In this document: positions 1 to 9,057 of the stretch, piece by piece
Numbering within the stretch: position 1 is the stretch's first letter
How the letters are laid out: each line of letters begins with the position of its first letter
Origin: Pseudomonadota bacterium
GTDB lineage: Bacteria; Pseudomonadota; Alphaproteobacteria; Caulobacterales; Hyphomonadaceae
NCBI GenBank assembly: GCA_038532405.1
Contig: JBCBAO010000001.1
Location: 1 to 46,349 of the forward strand
DNA length: 46,349 bases
Reading direction: 5' to 3'
Made by a program: the position numbers and the translations under genes
Notes under the pieces: generated by a model
The model's database searches: none
Told to the model about the DNA's origin: nothing
Seen by the model: only the letters and a program-made list of their open reading frames with translations

Positions 1-551
1 CCGAGGATGCCTGGGCCTATGAGGATGAAATTTCCCGCGTTCTGACGGCCGTTGACATGTGCCCCGTCCCCACCATCGCGGCCATCCACGGGGCCTGCAC
101 CGGGGGCGGTGCCTCCATCGCCGCGGCCTGTGACCTGCGGATTTGCAGCGCCAGTTTGAAATTCGGCTTCCCCATTGCCCGCACGCTTGGCAATTGCCTA
201 AACGCCGGAAACCTCGCCCGTCTGACGGAATTGATGGGCGCGGGCCGGGTGCGCGACATGATCTTCACCGCGCGTCTTGTTGGCGCGGAAGAGGCTTTGA
301 ACATCGGTTTGGTGTCCGAGGTGCTGGACGATGAAGACCAGCTTCTCACCCGCGCCACCGGCCTCGCCGACCGCCTCGCTGGCATGGCCCCTCTCACCTT
401 GCGCGCCACCAAAGAGGCGATGCGCCGCAATCGCGAAGCGCTCTCTGTCGATGACAAGGATCTGATCGCGCTTTGCTACATGAGCCAGGATTTCAAACAC
501 GGTCTTGAGGCTTTTCTGGCCAAGGAAAAACCCGACTGGACCGGCACATGA
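1..551 (+). CDS. enoyl-CoA hydratase/isomerase (crotonase) family protein, 5-prime end outside window
   Basis: Frame 3 is open from the window edge. The translation has crotonase-type segments (AAIHGACTGGGASIAAACDLRI, GLVSEV, C-terminal FKHGLEAFLAKEKPDW). Stop TGA 549-551 overlaps ATG 548 of the next gene (ATGA coupling). Confidence 0.85.
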   Translation, partial: EDAWAYEDEISRVLTAVDMCPVPTIAAIHGACTGGGASIAAACDLRICSASLKFGFPIARTLGNCLNAGNLARLTELMGAGRVRDMIFTARLVGAEEALNIGLVSEVLDDEDQLLTRATGLADRLAGMAPLTLRATKEAMRRNREALSVDDKDLIALCYMSQDFKHGLEAFLAKEKPDWTGT

Positions 552-1747
552 CCACTGGGCCTCTTTCGGGCATGAAGGTGATTGAGCTCGCTCACATCAT
601 GGCAGGCCCGGCCTGTGGTATGATGCTGGCTGATATGGGCGCGGATGTGATCAAGGTGGAAAAGCCCACCGGCGATGACAGCCGCCGGTTTCTGCCACCC
701 GATATCAACGGCGAAAGCGCGGCCTTCATGATGATGAACCGCAACAAACGCGGCATTGCGCTGAACCTGAAGGACCCGGACGCGATTGAGGCGTTGCAAA
801 CGCTGATCGACGGCGCGGATGTGCTGATCGAAAACTACCGCCATGACACGATGGATCGACTTGGCCTGGGCTATGAGGCCCTGCGCGCGCGCAACCCCAA
901 GCTGGTCTATTGCGCTATTTCCGGGTTCGGGCGCACCGGGCCCTATGCCGAACGCGGTGGCTTTGATCTGATCGCGCAAGGCATGTCCGGCTTGATGTCC
1001 ATCACCGGCGAAGGCCCGGGTCGGCCGCCGGTGAAACCCGGCGCGCCCATTGCGGACATCACGGCGGGGTTTCTGGCCGCGATGGGGTGCACGGCGGCCT
1101 ATTCCCACGCGCAAGCGACGGGACAAGGCCAGATGGTCGACACATCGCTTTTTGAGGCCGGAATTTCGCTGACCTATTGGCAGTCTGCCATCGCCTTTGC
1201 CACCGGACACGCGCCCGGTGCTCTGGGATCTGCCCATCCGCTCAACGCGCCTTACCAATCCTTCAAAACGCGTGACGGATGGATCAATGTGGGCGCGGCC
1301 AATCAGGCGAATTGGCTGCGACTGCTGGACGTGATCGGCGCGCCGGAATTGAATGACGATCCAAGATTTGCCACCAACAAGGACCGTATCACCCACCTAG
1401 AGGCCTTGGTTGGCATTCTCGAAACCCACCTGAAAACCCGCGACACAGCAGACTGGCTGGACAGGATGGAAGCCGTCAATCTGCCCGCGGGCCCAGTGGT
1501 GGATATCTGCGAAATGCACAGCGATCCGCAAGCCATCGCCAGGGACATGATCGTGTCCACCACACATCCCGTGGCAGGATCGGTCAACGCCATAGGCTGC
1601 CCTGTGAAATTCAGCGAAACGCCCGGATCAGTCCGCCGCCCCTCCCCCACATTGGGGCAGCATGGCCCGGACATTCTGGCGGAAGCTGGCTACAGCACTG
1701 ATCAAATCGACGCGTTGAAAAGACAGGGCGCGCTGCTGGTCAGGTGA
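548..1747 (+). CDS. family III CoA-transferase (CaiB/BaiF/Frc-like)
   Basis: 399-aa ORF. It has the N-terminal GMKVIELAHIMAGPACGMMLADMGADVIKVE, then NRNKRGIALNLK, and GGFDLIAQGMSGLMSITG with the conserved catalytic Asp context typical of this family. Composition is host-like high GC. Confidence 0.9.
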   Translation: MTTGPLSGMKVIELAHIMAGPACGMMLADMGADVIKVEKPTGDDSRRFLPPDINGESAAFMMMNRNKRGIALNLKDPDAIEALQTLIDGADVLIENYRHDTMDRLGLGYEALRARNPKLVYCAISGFGRTGPYAERGGFDLIAQGMSGLMSITGEGPGRPPVKPGAPIADITAGFLAAMGCTAAYSHAQATGQGQMVDTSLFEAGISLTYWQSAIAFATGHAPGALGSAHPLNAPYQSFKTRDGWINVGAANQANWLRLLDVIGAPELNDDPRFATNKDRITHLEALVGILETHLKTRDTADWLDRMEAVNLPAGPVVDICEMHSDPQAIARDMIVSTTHPVAGSVNAIGCPVKFSETPGSVRRPSPTLGQHGPDILAEAGYSTDQIDALKRQGALLVR

Positions 1748-1760
1748 CTGCGTGATAGAA

Positions 1761-1807
1761 TGGCGATCCCGGAAGGACTCGAACCCTCAGCCTGCTGATT
1801 AGAAGTC
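1761..1807 (-). other. 3-prime 47 nt of a tRNA-Arg(UCU) gene (anticodon loop to CCA), lacking the 5-prime half; att-site remnant and island boundary
   Basis: The minus strand reads GACTTCTAATCAGCAGGCTGAGGGTTCGAGTCCTTCCGGGATCGCCA. This gives a CUUCUAA anticodon loop (UCU), a 5-nt variable loop, a T-arm GAGGG/TTCGAGT/CCTTC, the acceptor 3-prime strand CGGGATC, and GCCA. The expected 5-prime acceptor strand GATCCCG and a D-arm are absent from the adjacent 1808-1840, so this is not a complete tRNA. Confidence 0.7.
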
Positions 1808-1937
1808 TTTCTTTCTGCCGGCTCATAGCTTCCCAAAGTTGAAAATTTTTGCTATAAAAATCAGCAGTTAAGGCACAGCACCACAACTTAGCTGAACATA
1901 ATGAAACACTGCTTCTCAGAGGATTCCTGAGCCTAAA

Positions 1938-3107
1938 ATGAGCCTAACAGATGTCCAGATACGCCGCTTGAAAATCCCTGCCAAGGGACAGAAAACTTAC
2001 TTTGATAAATCGCTTCCTGGGTTCGGAGTGCGGGTCTCGCAAGGCGGCAGTAAGACCTTTATCGCCCTATGTGGCCCAGCCCGTAAGCGACACTCATTGG
2101 GACGCTATCCGGATATGTCCCTAGCCACCGCTCGTGCCCATGCCAAAAAGGTGCAAGCCGAATACGCCCTAGACAGCCCCATTTCAGCATCTCGCCCGAC
2201 CATGACCTTTGAGGTCGCGCGCGATATGTTTTTGGCTGACAGCCAAAGGCGCAACCGCCCGCGTACCTTTGTCGAATACAGACGCCACCTGCGCACCCAT
2301 TTCCCGTTCAAGGAACTACTGAACGACGTGGACCGGCACCAAATCGTCCGCGCTTTGGACAAAATTAAGGATAAACCGTCCGAGAAAAAGCACGCGTTTG
2401 TCGCTCTGCGCACAATGATGAACTGGTGCCGAAAGCGAGGTTACTTGGATTTCTCACCGGTACCGCCGCTGACATTCAAAGAAACAACAAGAGATCGAAT
2501 TCTGAGCGCCGACGAATTGAGAGCGGTTTGGTGGCGGGCGGAAGAATTCGACTATCCGTTCGGCGCAATTGTCAAACTGTTGATCTTGACCGGCCAACGC
2601 CGAGGCGAAATCACAGCCCTCCGGCGGAGCTGGCTGACAGATGAGCTAATCTGCTTTCCCGCAGACGCCGTCAAAAACGGTCGCAAGCACTTTCTACCAT
2701 TGAGTGACATGACCCGAAACTTAGTATCCGAGCTACCAGAGCGCACCGATTTGCTGTTCCCTGCGAGGGGTAAAGACGATTCACCATTTAACGGTTTCTC
2801 TGCGGCCAAAAAGAAATTCGACCGAGATCTAAACATCGCCCCATACAACCTGCATGATCTGCGACGCACCTTTAGCAGCAATATGGCCAAGCTGGGCACA
2901 CCCATCCATGTTACTGAGAAAATTCTGAACCACGTTTCTGGCACCATCAGCGGTGTGGCCGCGATATACAATCGCTATTCCTACCAAGATGAAATGCGCC
3001 AAGCGCTTGCAGCACATGAAGGCTACCTTCGCGCCATACTTGATCAACAACTTCAGAGTGACCAGCATAGCCTCAGTTTGCGCGAAATTGAGGAGCCCAC
3101 GTTCTAG
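1938..3107 (+). CDS. tyrosine-type site-specific integrase, P4-like with DUF4102-type N-terminal arm-binding domain
   Basis: 389 aa. The N-terminus (LTDVQIRRLKIPAKGQKTYFDKSLPGFGVRVSQGGSKTFI) is typical of DUF4102. Catalytic motifs are LTGQRRGEI (Arg), HDLRRTF (H-x-x-R), ILNHVSG (His) and IYNRYSY (Tyr). It sits directly next to the tRNA fragment. Confidence 0.9.
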   Translation: MSLTDVQIRRLKIPAKGQKTYFDKSLPGFGVRVSQGGSKTFIALCGPARKRHSLGRYPDMSLATARAHAKKVQAEYALDSPISASRPTMTFEVARDMFLADSQRRNRPRTFVEYRRHLRTHFPFKELLNDVDRHQIVRALDKIKDKPSEKKHAFVALRTMMNWCRKRGYLDFSPVPPLTFKETTRDRILSADELRAVWWRAEEFDYPFGAIVKLLILTGQRRGEITALRRSWLTDELICFPADAVKNGRKHFLPLSDMTRNLVSELPERTDLLFPARGKDDSPFNGFSAAKKKFDRDLNIAPYNLHDLRRTFSSNMAKLGTPIHVTEKILNHVSGTISGVAAIYNRYSYQDEMRQALAAHEGYLRAILDQQLQSDQHSLSLREIEEPTF

Positions 3108-3229
3108 CTACTTGCCCTGGAAGCTAGCCAAAATCGAGGTTCGCAACGGGCCGGAAATTGAAGGCGGGGAGGTTTTTTCCATCAGTCTTTTCCAATCGAC
3201 GTGACGGGTCTGTGAACACTTTTAACTCG

Positions 3230-3520
3230 GCTTTGCGACGGAATGGAAATTGAAGAAGCGAACCAACTGTCCGTGGATTTCGCTCGACAGCCATCACCAT
3301 CTTGAACAAATGTGGGGCCCTTGCGCAGCGTCGCTCGGTCGCGACCAACGTCCTTTTTTTACGTGATGGCAAGCTTTAGCAGGAAACTCCCGATCGCATC
3401 GGGTGCGGCAGAACGCCGGTCGCATCCACCAGCGCGCCGCCCGTCAGTTCGGGCATAGTTGCATATCCGCCTTGATCAATCAGTTCGATCAGAAACGAGC
3501 GATGCGGGTCAAGCTTGCCT
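3230..3520 (-). pseudogene. degenerate IS630-family transposase remnant (N-terminal HTH region), frame-disrupted
   Basis: The minus strand of about 3402-3519 translates to GKLDPHRSFLIELIDQGGYATMPELTGGALVDATGV. About 3340-3366 gives KKRTLVATE in a different frame. Both resemble the N-terminal third of IS630-type transposases as I remember them. There is no intact ORF, start codon or DDE region. Confidence 0.3.
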
Positions 3521-3788
3521 TAACAACATCTTCATGGCTGGAATGCAGGGGTCTAGTTCATGATACATCTAAAACAAAATGGAATACTTGGACTATCGAC
3601 GAAAAAAGACGCTAGCATATGCGGGTTGGTTGGACGTAAGCGCACAATACCAAACGAATTGTTTTCAACACCACAGAAGCGTTGCGCCTCGCAAATTCTT
3701 GAAATTTCAATCATTTATGCTGGCGCGGTACTTGATACCCCGACCGAATAAGCAAAAAGGGCGCTCCAAAATTGAAGCGTCCAAACGA

Positions 3789-4046
3789 CTAGAATATTAA
3801 GGTTTGCGGGCAGACGCTACGAGGAACGTCCGTTGGAACGTGAAAGGGGTCTCGAAACAACCAGTGAACCTTTGTTCCATCTTGGTTGAATTTTCCATTC
3901 ATGCAAGGATATTCCCCAGGCCATGTGTTTCTTATATTCGCCAAAACACGTCCAACAATGAGTTGTCGCATCGGTTGCGGAAGAAACGCAATTTCCAATG
4001 AAACGAGCGTGTTCTTGTTTGTCGGCCTAAATTGATATGGCATCAT
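3789..4046 (-). CDS. hypothetical small protein (85 aa), divergent from the kinase operon
   Basis: The ORF-track entry 3789..4058 has an ATG-ATG at 4046 preceded by a strong Shine-Dalgarno (ttGAGGAGtactATGATG). I recognised no family. It lies in the AT-rich cassette. Confidence 0.45.
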   Translation of the reverse strand: MMPYQFRPTNKNTLVSLEIAFLPQPMRQLIVGRVLANIRNTWPGEYPCMNGKFNQDGTKVHWLFRDPFHVPTDVPRSVCPQTLIF

Positions 4047-4231
4047 AGTACTCCTCAAAAGGCTGCCCCATAAAGGTCAGTATCTATGACATAAAATATA
4101 CCTCTTGACACCAGCCCGCAATCGACAGGCGCAGCATTCCATTGCATAGTATCAGCGGCTGAAAGTGCGATTGTTTTGAAGATCCTGTCAACATGCGTGC
4201 ACAAAAGCTAATTTTGGGAGAGTGCGTTTAG

Positions 4232-7225
4232 TTGCAAACAAACCTTTTAACTCATCTTACGTCATCTAAACAGAACCTGTTGGTGCTCCAAGACGAGGTA
4301 TCCACACATACCGAATTGCAGCTCTCATTTTTGATGACAATCGGATTTGAGAAAATCAACCAAATGGTTGTAAGCACGCTACCGGAGAAGGACGCGAACA
4401 GGCTTTGTGAAATGCAGCCGAACGAGTTCTTCTCGCCTGAAAACGTCGATTTCTTTCACGATGTGATCTTTCCTAAGATTTCTTTTCTAGACGAAATGCT
4501 TGTCGACTTCTCCGGCGAAAGCCCGTTGCTACAAATGCTTCGCCTCAATCATCAGTTTCGTAGTTTCGAAACACTGTTTCTTTGGTCCAGAGTTGCTAGA
4601 TACAAAGCTTCGACGAAAGACAACATCTCATCTTTCCTATACTCACCGACACCTGACTCTTCGCTTACGCTTAGAATGACTTCGAATGCGGACTTGCGCG
4701 GGTATGTATTTGCGGGCCCCGCGTTCGTCTCAGATGATTACTTCCAATGGAATTCGTTGAACGAAAGCAACTTTATTGGAGGATTTCATTCGTTCGCGGC
4801 GAAATTTCTTTCTACCGGCCTGCTTGACCGCATGAAAAGATTTTCCGCTTTAAGATCCGTTATCACGACTTCGGACTCTGATTTTCGTTTTGAGAAAATT
4901 CAAGACCTTTTGTCGAGACTTGCCACAGTGTCCATGCCCGCTGGAAAATTCTCTCGTTCAATACTCAGGGTGCTCTTACGAGCTGTTATAACCGCAGTAG
5001 ATACGAACAAAAATTCGGAAGATTTACTGCGATTTTCATTTCCGTTGCGACAGTCCGAATTTAACAGTGAAATTCAATACCTCAATAAATCTCTCGATTT
5101 GAGGCGAGTAGAAGGAGAGCATGGTTTAGAATGGGAAAGCGCTCTTACATCGTCTGTTGAGGCAACGAACGATATTGCAAGTCGTCCTGATCAAAAGATG
5201 TCAGAGCTTTCCGATAGGGCGCATACCAATGCGACAGACCAACGCCTTGAAAATCTACTCGTCTATCGCAACCTGATCTTCTCAGAAGTCAATTCGTCTG
5301 ACCCCTTTTTGCCAACCACAGATCAGAAGGACAAAGAGGGCAACTTAGGGAAAAGAAAGGTTTTTCAAAAGGATGGTTCGATTGAAACCGTCACTTGTGA
5401 CTGGTTGAGAAAAATTCTGAGATGTGATGTCGTCACGTTTTTCAGGTCAGACCACTCTCACTACAGCTTGGAAGGTACCGCATTCAGCTGCGTTGATGCA
5501 GAGAGTGAAGTTTGGGCTAGAAAGCAAATTGATGCAATCGCTGACCTTTCGAAAAGTTCAGAACAAAGTGGATCATATCTTTACAAGTCTTTTTCTAATT
5601 CGAAACAGCAGCTCTTACTGAGCGGACAAGACTTCACTTCAACCGATGCTGAAGGCGACTCCGATAAAACAGCTTTGGGCAAAAACGTATCAAATGATTT
5701 CTTGAGCGATAGGAAACTTCGAACTCCTAAATGCGCGTTAATTTTACCGGTTCAACACGGTGGCAGGACTTATGGAGTGATTGAATGCGTCAGCTTTTTG
5801 CCTTTCGCCTTCGACAGCTCCGCTCTCGTACTTATTGACGAGTTCACAGACTTATTGGGCCAATTTTTCTTGGTTAAATCAAACGCTAAGCTGGTAAGTG
5901 ACATAAACGAAGAAACAGTCGGAAAAGTATCTGATCAAGGACCACAAAAGTCCTACGATCAAATCGCTCGTATTATTGCCAACTACTTTCTTTGTTTTTC
6001 GGCTTCGATCTGGCGACCGAACAACTACAACGCCAATGTAATTGAATTGAGGGGGCAGCATAACCGGTTTAACAAACAAGACTCGATTGCACCTCATATG
6101 CTTCCAAAGTTTAACCTGTCGTCTATCCCTTCGGTCACACAACAGGCTTTTGAAGCGAAAAAATGCATCACGGGCCAATTGGGCCAAAAACCATTTGATA
6201 CGGAATGGCTGGAAGCAGACTTCAGAAAGGACTGGGTAGAGAGTGGCGCAAAATATGCCGCTGTTTTGCCGATCTTTGTTGATGACCAACCAGTCGCAAG
6301 TATTGCTTTGGCGAGTAAAAATCATGAATTTACAGATGCCTGGGCGCCGCAATTTGAGTTCTGCGCGGATGTTGTGGGAAGCGCATTAAAAAACGTAGCG
6401 GTTTTGGAAAAAGTCGTTTGGGATGGCCTTTCAGATACCAGCCATGAATTGGGGAACATTTCCAACAAACTGAATGTTGCTTCTTCTCGATTAAAAGGCA
6501 CAATTGGGTCGCTCGAACCGCGCCTACGATACAGTGAACCCAGAAGCGGAGATCTCATCCAAAAAGTTCAGCTAAGCCTCGGCGACGTACTTCGCTCGTC
6601 AGAAGAGCTAGCTGTGATAGCAGACGTGTTAGAACCTGAGAGCTTTGTCAAATTCTTTGGAGAGGGCCTGGTTAGATCAAGCCCACTTACATATCGGCTT
6701 TTGTCAAAATTAAAGCTGGAAGAAATCTCCATACGAGAAATCTGGAACGAACAGTTCGAAAACGCGAGCAAGCAAGCGCACAAGAAAGCACTGGAGTTTG
6801 ATGTTCGATGGTTGGCGGATCAAGACGTTTGTTATGTCGACCAAAAAATGACAGCAAGCGTTCTTCGAAACCTTATCGCAAATGCAATCAAATATGCGCC
6901 CAAGAAAGGAAAAATAGATGTTGAGGCCCACACTATACCGGAACGCAAGGTGCTAACCCTGAAGATTGCAAACCTTGGTCCACGACTGTCACGCCAAGAA
7001 CAAAATAGAATTTTCGAACGACGATTTAGAGGATTCGAAGCTGAAAAAAGTACTGTCAAAGGTCTTGGAGAGGGTTTGTTTCAAGCAAAGGCATTTGCGA
7101 AAAGGCAAAAAGCTTCTTTGTCACACATACAAGATACTGTTGAAGGAAATGATAGCTTGGCTAGACATCAATTTACACTCACCTTTCCCTTGATTAAAGA
7201 AGCTGAAAACGTTGGGGAGATGTAA
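4232..7225 (+). CDS. cytoplasmic sensor histidine kinase: about 400-aa unknown N-terminal region, two GAF-like domains, HisKA and HATPase_c
   Basis: 997 aa with a TTG start 9 nt after GGGAGAG. I saw no hydrophobic TM-like stretch. GAF-like ends are ALILPVQHGGRTYGVIECVSF and AAVLPIFVDDQPVASIALAS. Kinase motifs are the H-box SDTSHELGNIS, the N-box LRNLIANAIKYAP, the G1 region IANLGPRLS..IFERRFRG, and G2 GLGEGL. Confidence 0.85.
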   Translation: MQTNLLTHLTSSKQNLLVLQDEVSTHTELQLSFLMTIGFEKINQMVVSTLPEKDANRLCEMQPNEFFSPENVDFFHDVIFPKISFLDEMLVDFSGESPLLQMLRLNHQFRSFETLFLWSRVARYKASTKDNISSFLYSPTPDSSLTLRMTSNADLRGYVFAGPAFVSDDYFQWNSLNESNFIGGFHSFAAKFLSTGLLDRMKRFSALRSVITTSDSDFRFEKIQDLLSRLATVSMPAGKFSRSILRVLLRAVITAVDTNKNSEDLLRFSFPLRQSEFNSEIQYLNKSLDLRRVEGEHGLEWESALTSSVEATNDIASRPDQKMSELSDRAHTNATDQRLENLLVYRNLIFSEVNSSDPFLPTTDQKDKEGNLGKRKVFQKDGSIETVTCDWLRKILRCDVVTFFRSDHSHYSLEGTAFSCVDAESEVWARKQIDAIADLSKSSEQSGSYLYKSFSNSKQQLLLSGQDFTSTDAEGDSDKTALGKNVSNDFLSDRKLRTPKCALILPVQHGGRTYGVIECVSFLPFAFDSSALVLIDEFTDLLGQFFLVKSNAKLVSDINEETVGKVSDQGPQKSYDQIARIIANYFLCFSASIWRPNNYNANVIELRGQHNRFNKQDSIAPHMLPKFNLSSIPSVTQQAFEAKKCITGQLGQKPFDTEWLEADFRKDWVESGAKYAAVLPIFVDDQPVASIALASKNHEFTDAWAPQFEFCADVVGSALKNVAVLEKVVWDGLSDTSHELGNISNKLNVASSRLKGTIGSLEPRLRYSEPRSGDLIQKVQLSLGDVLRSSEELAVIADVLEPESFVKFFGEGLVRSSPLTYRLLSKLKLEEISIREIWNEQFENASKQAHKKALEFDVRWLADQDVCYVDQKMTASVLRNLIANAIKYAPKKGKIDVEAHTIPERKVLTLKIANLGPRLSRQEQNRIFERRFRGFEAEKSTVKGLGEGLFQAKAFAKRQKASLSHIQDTVEGNDSLARHQFTLTFPLIKEAENVGEM

Positions 7226-7228
7226 GCT

Positions 7229-8137
7229 TTGTTCGACGCGTTAGAAGGTCCTGAGGAAGCTGAGAAGGTAATCTTAATTCTAGAAGACGAACCTGCCACC
7301 ATCGAAGTCCATGAGAATGCGCTAGCTGCGGCGGAGATAAAATACGATATTGTTAATACGTCGGATGAGTTTCTAGAAAAGCTGAGGTCTGGGTTCAGCG
7401 AGAATGTTGCCGGAATTTCGCTGGATGTTAAACTGCAATTGCCGATTGGAATTGATGCGCCTCAATTTAACGAACATGCAGGGTGCTGGTTTTTTTCAGA
7501 AGTTCTAAGATCGAATGAAGACGCTCAGGTTGAACTGAGCGAAGACACGCAAAAGTTACTTAAAACACTTCCCGTGGCTTTTTTAACAAACAATAGTAAC
7601 GATCCGAAATTGAAGGCACTTGAGGAACAAAACATCGGATTCGGGTTCTCGAAGTTCACGAAATCCTCGAGCCAAAGCGAGTTGTTTCTTGACTGGGCTC
7701 GCAAAGCTGTCCTGAATTCACGGCTAAAAGCGGACTTCGAAAGTTCGCTTACCAGCGCTTCGGTGTTTTTGTCTTCGCTTGGATTGACAACGGCCCAAGA
7801 AATGAAGGCTCTTGGGGTCAATTTTGTTAACCATGATCTCTTCAAGTATATTTTGACGTTGAGCGACGGTGAGCCTGGATACAGTAGAATTTTGTCTTTT
7901 CGGCCTTATGAGGAAACACTAGATCCTTCAATTTGCATGCAAAGATGGGACCTAATTTCTGACTTCATTGCCCGCGCTATGGCTGTTTTTTCTAATAACA
8001 TAGAAGTTGTTAAGGCAGACTTATCGCAAGAGATCCAAATTTTTGGAGGCAGGTCCGCGCTTGAGATACTCGCGAGCGGAAGCGACCGAGACTTGGCGGA
8101 ACTAAACCAGTATTATCATGAGCGTTGGAACAAGTAG
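7229..8137 (+). CDS. response-regulator receiver domain fused to an MbcA/ParS-type (Xre-like HTH plus DUF2384) antitoxin domain
   Basis: 302 aa with a TTG start 3 nt after the kinase stop and GGGGAGA upstream. Receiver-like motifs are VILILEDE (acidic pocket), GISLDVKL (candidate phospho-Asp) and VAFLTNN. The C-terminal about 125 aa (LGLTTAQEMKALGVN ... WDLISDFIARAMAVF ... GGRSALEILASGSDRDLAELNQYY) aligns by eye with MbcA/ParS antitoxins. Confidence 0.7.
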   Translation: MFDALEGPEEAEKVILILEDEPATIEVHENALAAAEIKYDIVNTSDEFLEKLRSGFSENVAGISLDVKLQLPIGIDAPQFNEHAGCWFFSEVLRSNEDAQVELSEDTQKLLKTLPVAFLTNNSNDPKLKALEEQNIGFGFSKFTKSSSQSELFLDWARKAVLNSRLKADFESSLTSASVFLSSLGLTTAQEMKALGVNFVNHDLFKYILTLSDGEPGYSRILSFRPYEETLDPSICMQRWDLISDFIARAMAVFSNNIEVVKADLSQEIQIFGGRSALEILASGSDRDLAELNQYYHERWNK

Positions 8138-8817
8138 TGAAGGTATTTGACTTTTTCGACGAGGCAGATTCAAACTGCCGGTGTCCCGTAATTTGGCGCT
8201 GCGTTGCTCCTGATGTTGAGCCATCGCCACTTTCAGAAGCCGTAACTTCTTCCGCTGACGAAAGACTGGCGATTGCGCGAACTTTGAACCGTTTAAATTC
8301 AACCAAAGGTTCCACGCGGCGGCGCATCAAATGGGAAAAGAGGGCCACGGTAACAAGGTATTCTGATGGAACAATTCCGGTAGTGTATTTCGCAAGAGAT
8401 CCACAAACTGCGATTACTGAGTGTTTTCATTGGGCAAGTAGGAGAATAAAGCCTCCCGAAGGTTCATACGAAATAACTTTGAAAGTTTTTTCCGTCCGCT
8501 TTGACGGGCACCTAAAAGACTTAGAGGCGCTTACGCCACCTTGCATGGACCTTGTTCATGGCACGAACTACGATTGTTGCAACAAGGTGGCAGAACTTGC
8601 CTATGAAGACGAACGCCTCGACGGACTAAATGTCCGTTCCGCGAGACGATTGGACGGTGTGAATGTACCTGTTTTCCGGGAGACATCTGTGGGAGAGGTG
8701 ATTGATGATGATATTTGTATCTTGCACGTGGAAGACAACATGTTGACCTGCTTTCTTCAACGACAGCAATTTGAGGTGGTTAGCGAGGATGTGTATTCTT
8801 TGATTGCAAAGTCGTAA
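8137..8817 (+). CDS. RES-domain toxin (MbcT/ParT-like NAD+-degrading family)
   Basis: GTG at 8137 overlaps the upstream TAG by 1 nt; an alternative TTG lies at 8125. The R-E-S pattern is TRYSDGTIPVVYFARDPQTAITEC (Arg, Glu) and GLNVRSARRLDGVNVPVF (Ser). It directly follows a DUF2384-type antitoxin, the canonical RES-Xre gene order. Confidence 0.7.
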   Translation: MKVFDFFDEADSNCRCPVIWRCVAPDVEPSPLSEAVTSSADERLAIARTLNRLNSTKGSTRRRIKWEKRATVTRYSDGTIPVVYFARDPQTAITECFHWASRRIKPPEGSYEITLKVFSVRFDGHLKDLEALTPPCMDLVHGTNYDCCNKVAELAYEDERLDGLNVRSARRLDGVNVPVFRETSVGEVIDDDICILHVEDNMLTCFLQRQQFEVVSEDVYSLIAKS

Positions 8818-9057
8818 GGTTTGAATATCGCCTAGAAGCGAGCTTTTCTTGATGCCAGCTTGCAAGGATCCAGCGGGATTCAATACAACGCAGTAGCTCC
8901 AAATTCGCAAATCTCTCCAGAGTTTTTTGTGCTCAATGAGAGCTCTATGATCTGGCCGCGATTAGCCAAAAAAGTTCGACAACTGTATCTTCACCACAGA
9001 AGTGACCAATTGACTAGGAGCCACCCTATCGATTGAGCCGATATTTCGTACAGGGCA

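Noticed and set aside
476-1396. 306-aa ORF on the minus strand
   Set aside because: It is entirely antisense to the well-supported CoA-transferase gene. The Arg/Gly/Ala-rich shadow translation is typical of high-GC DNA.
3124-3372. 82-aa minus-strand ORF
   Set aside because: It overlaps the region that reads as a frame-disrupted IS630-like remnant (KKRTLVATE...). I treat it as part of the pseudogene rather than as a gene.
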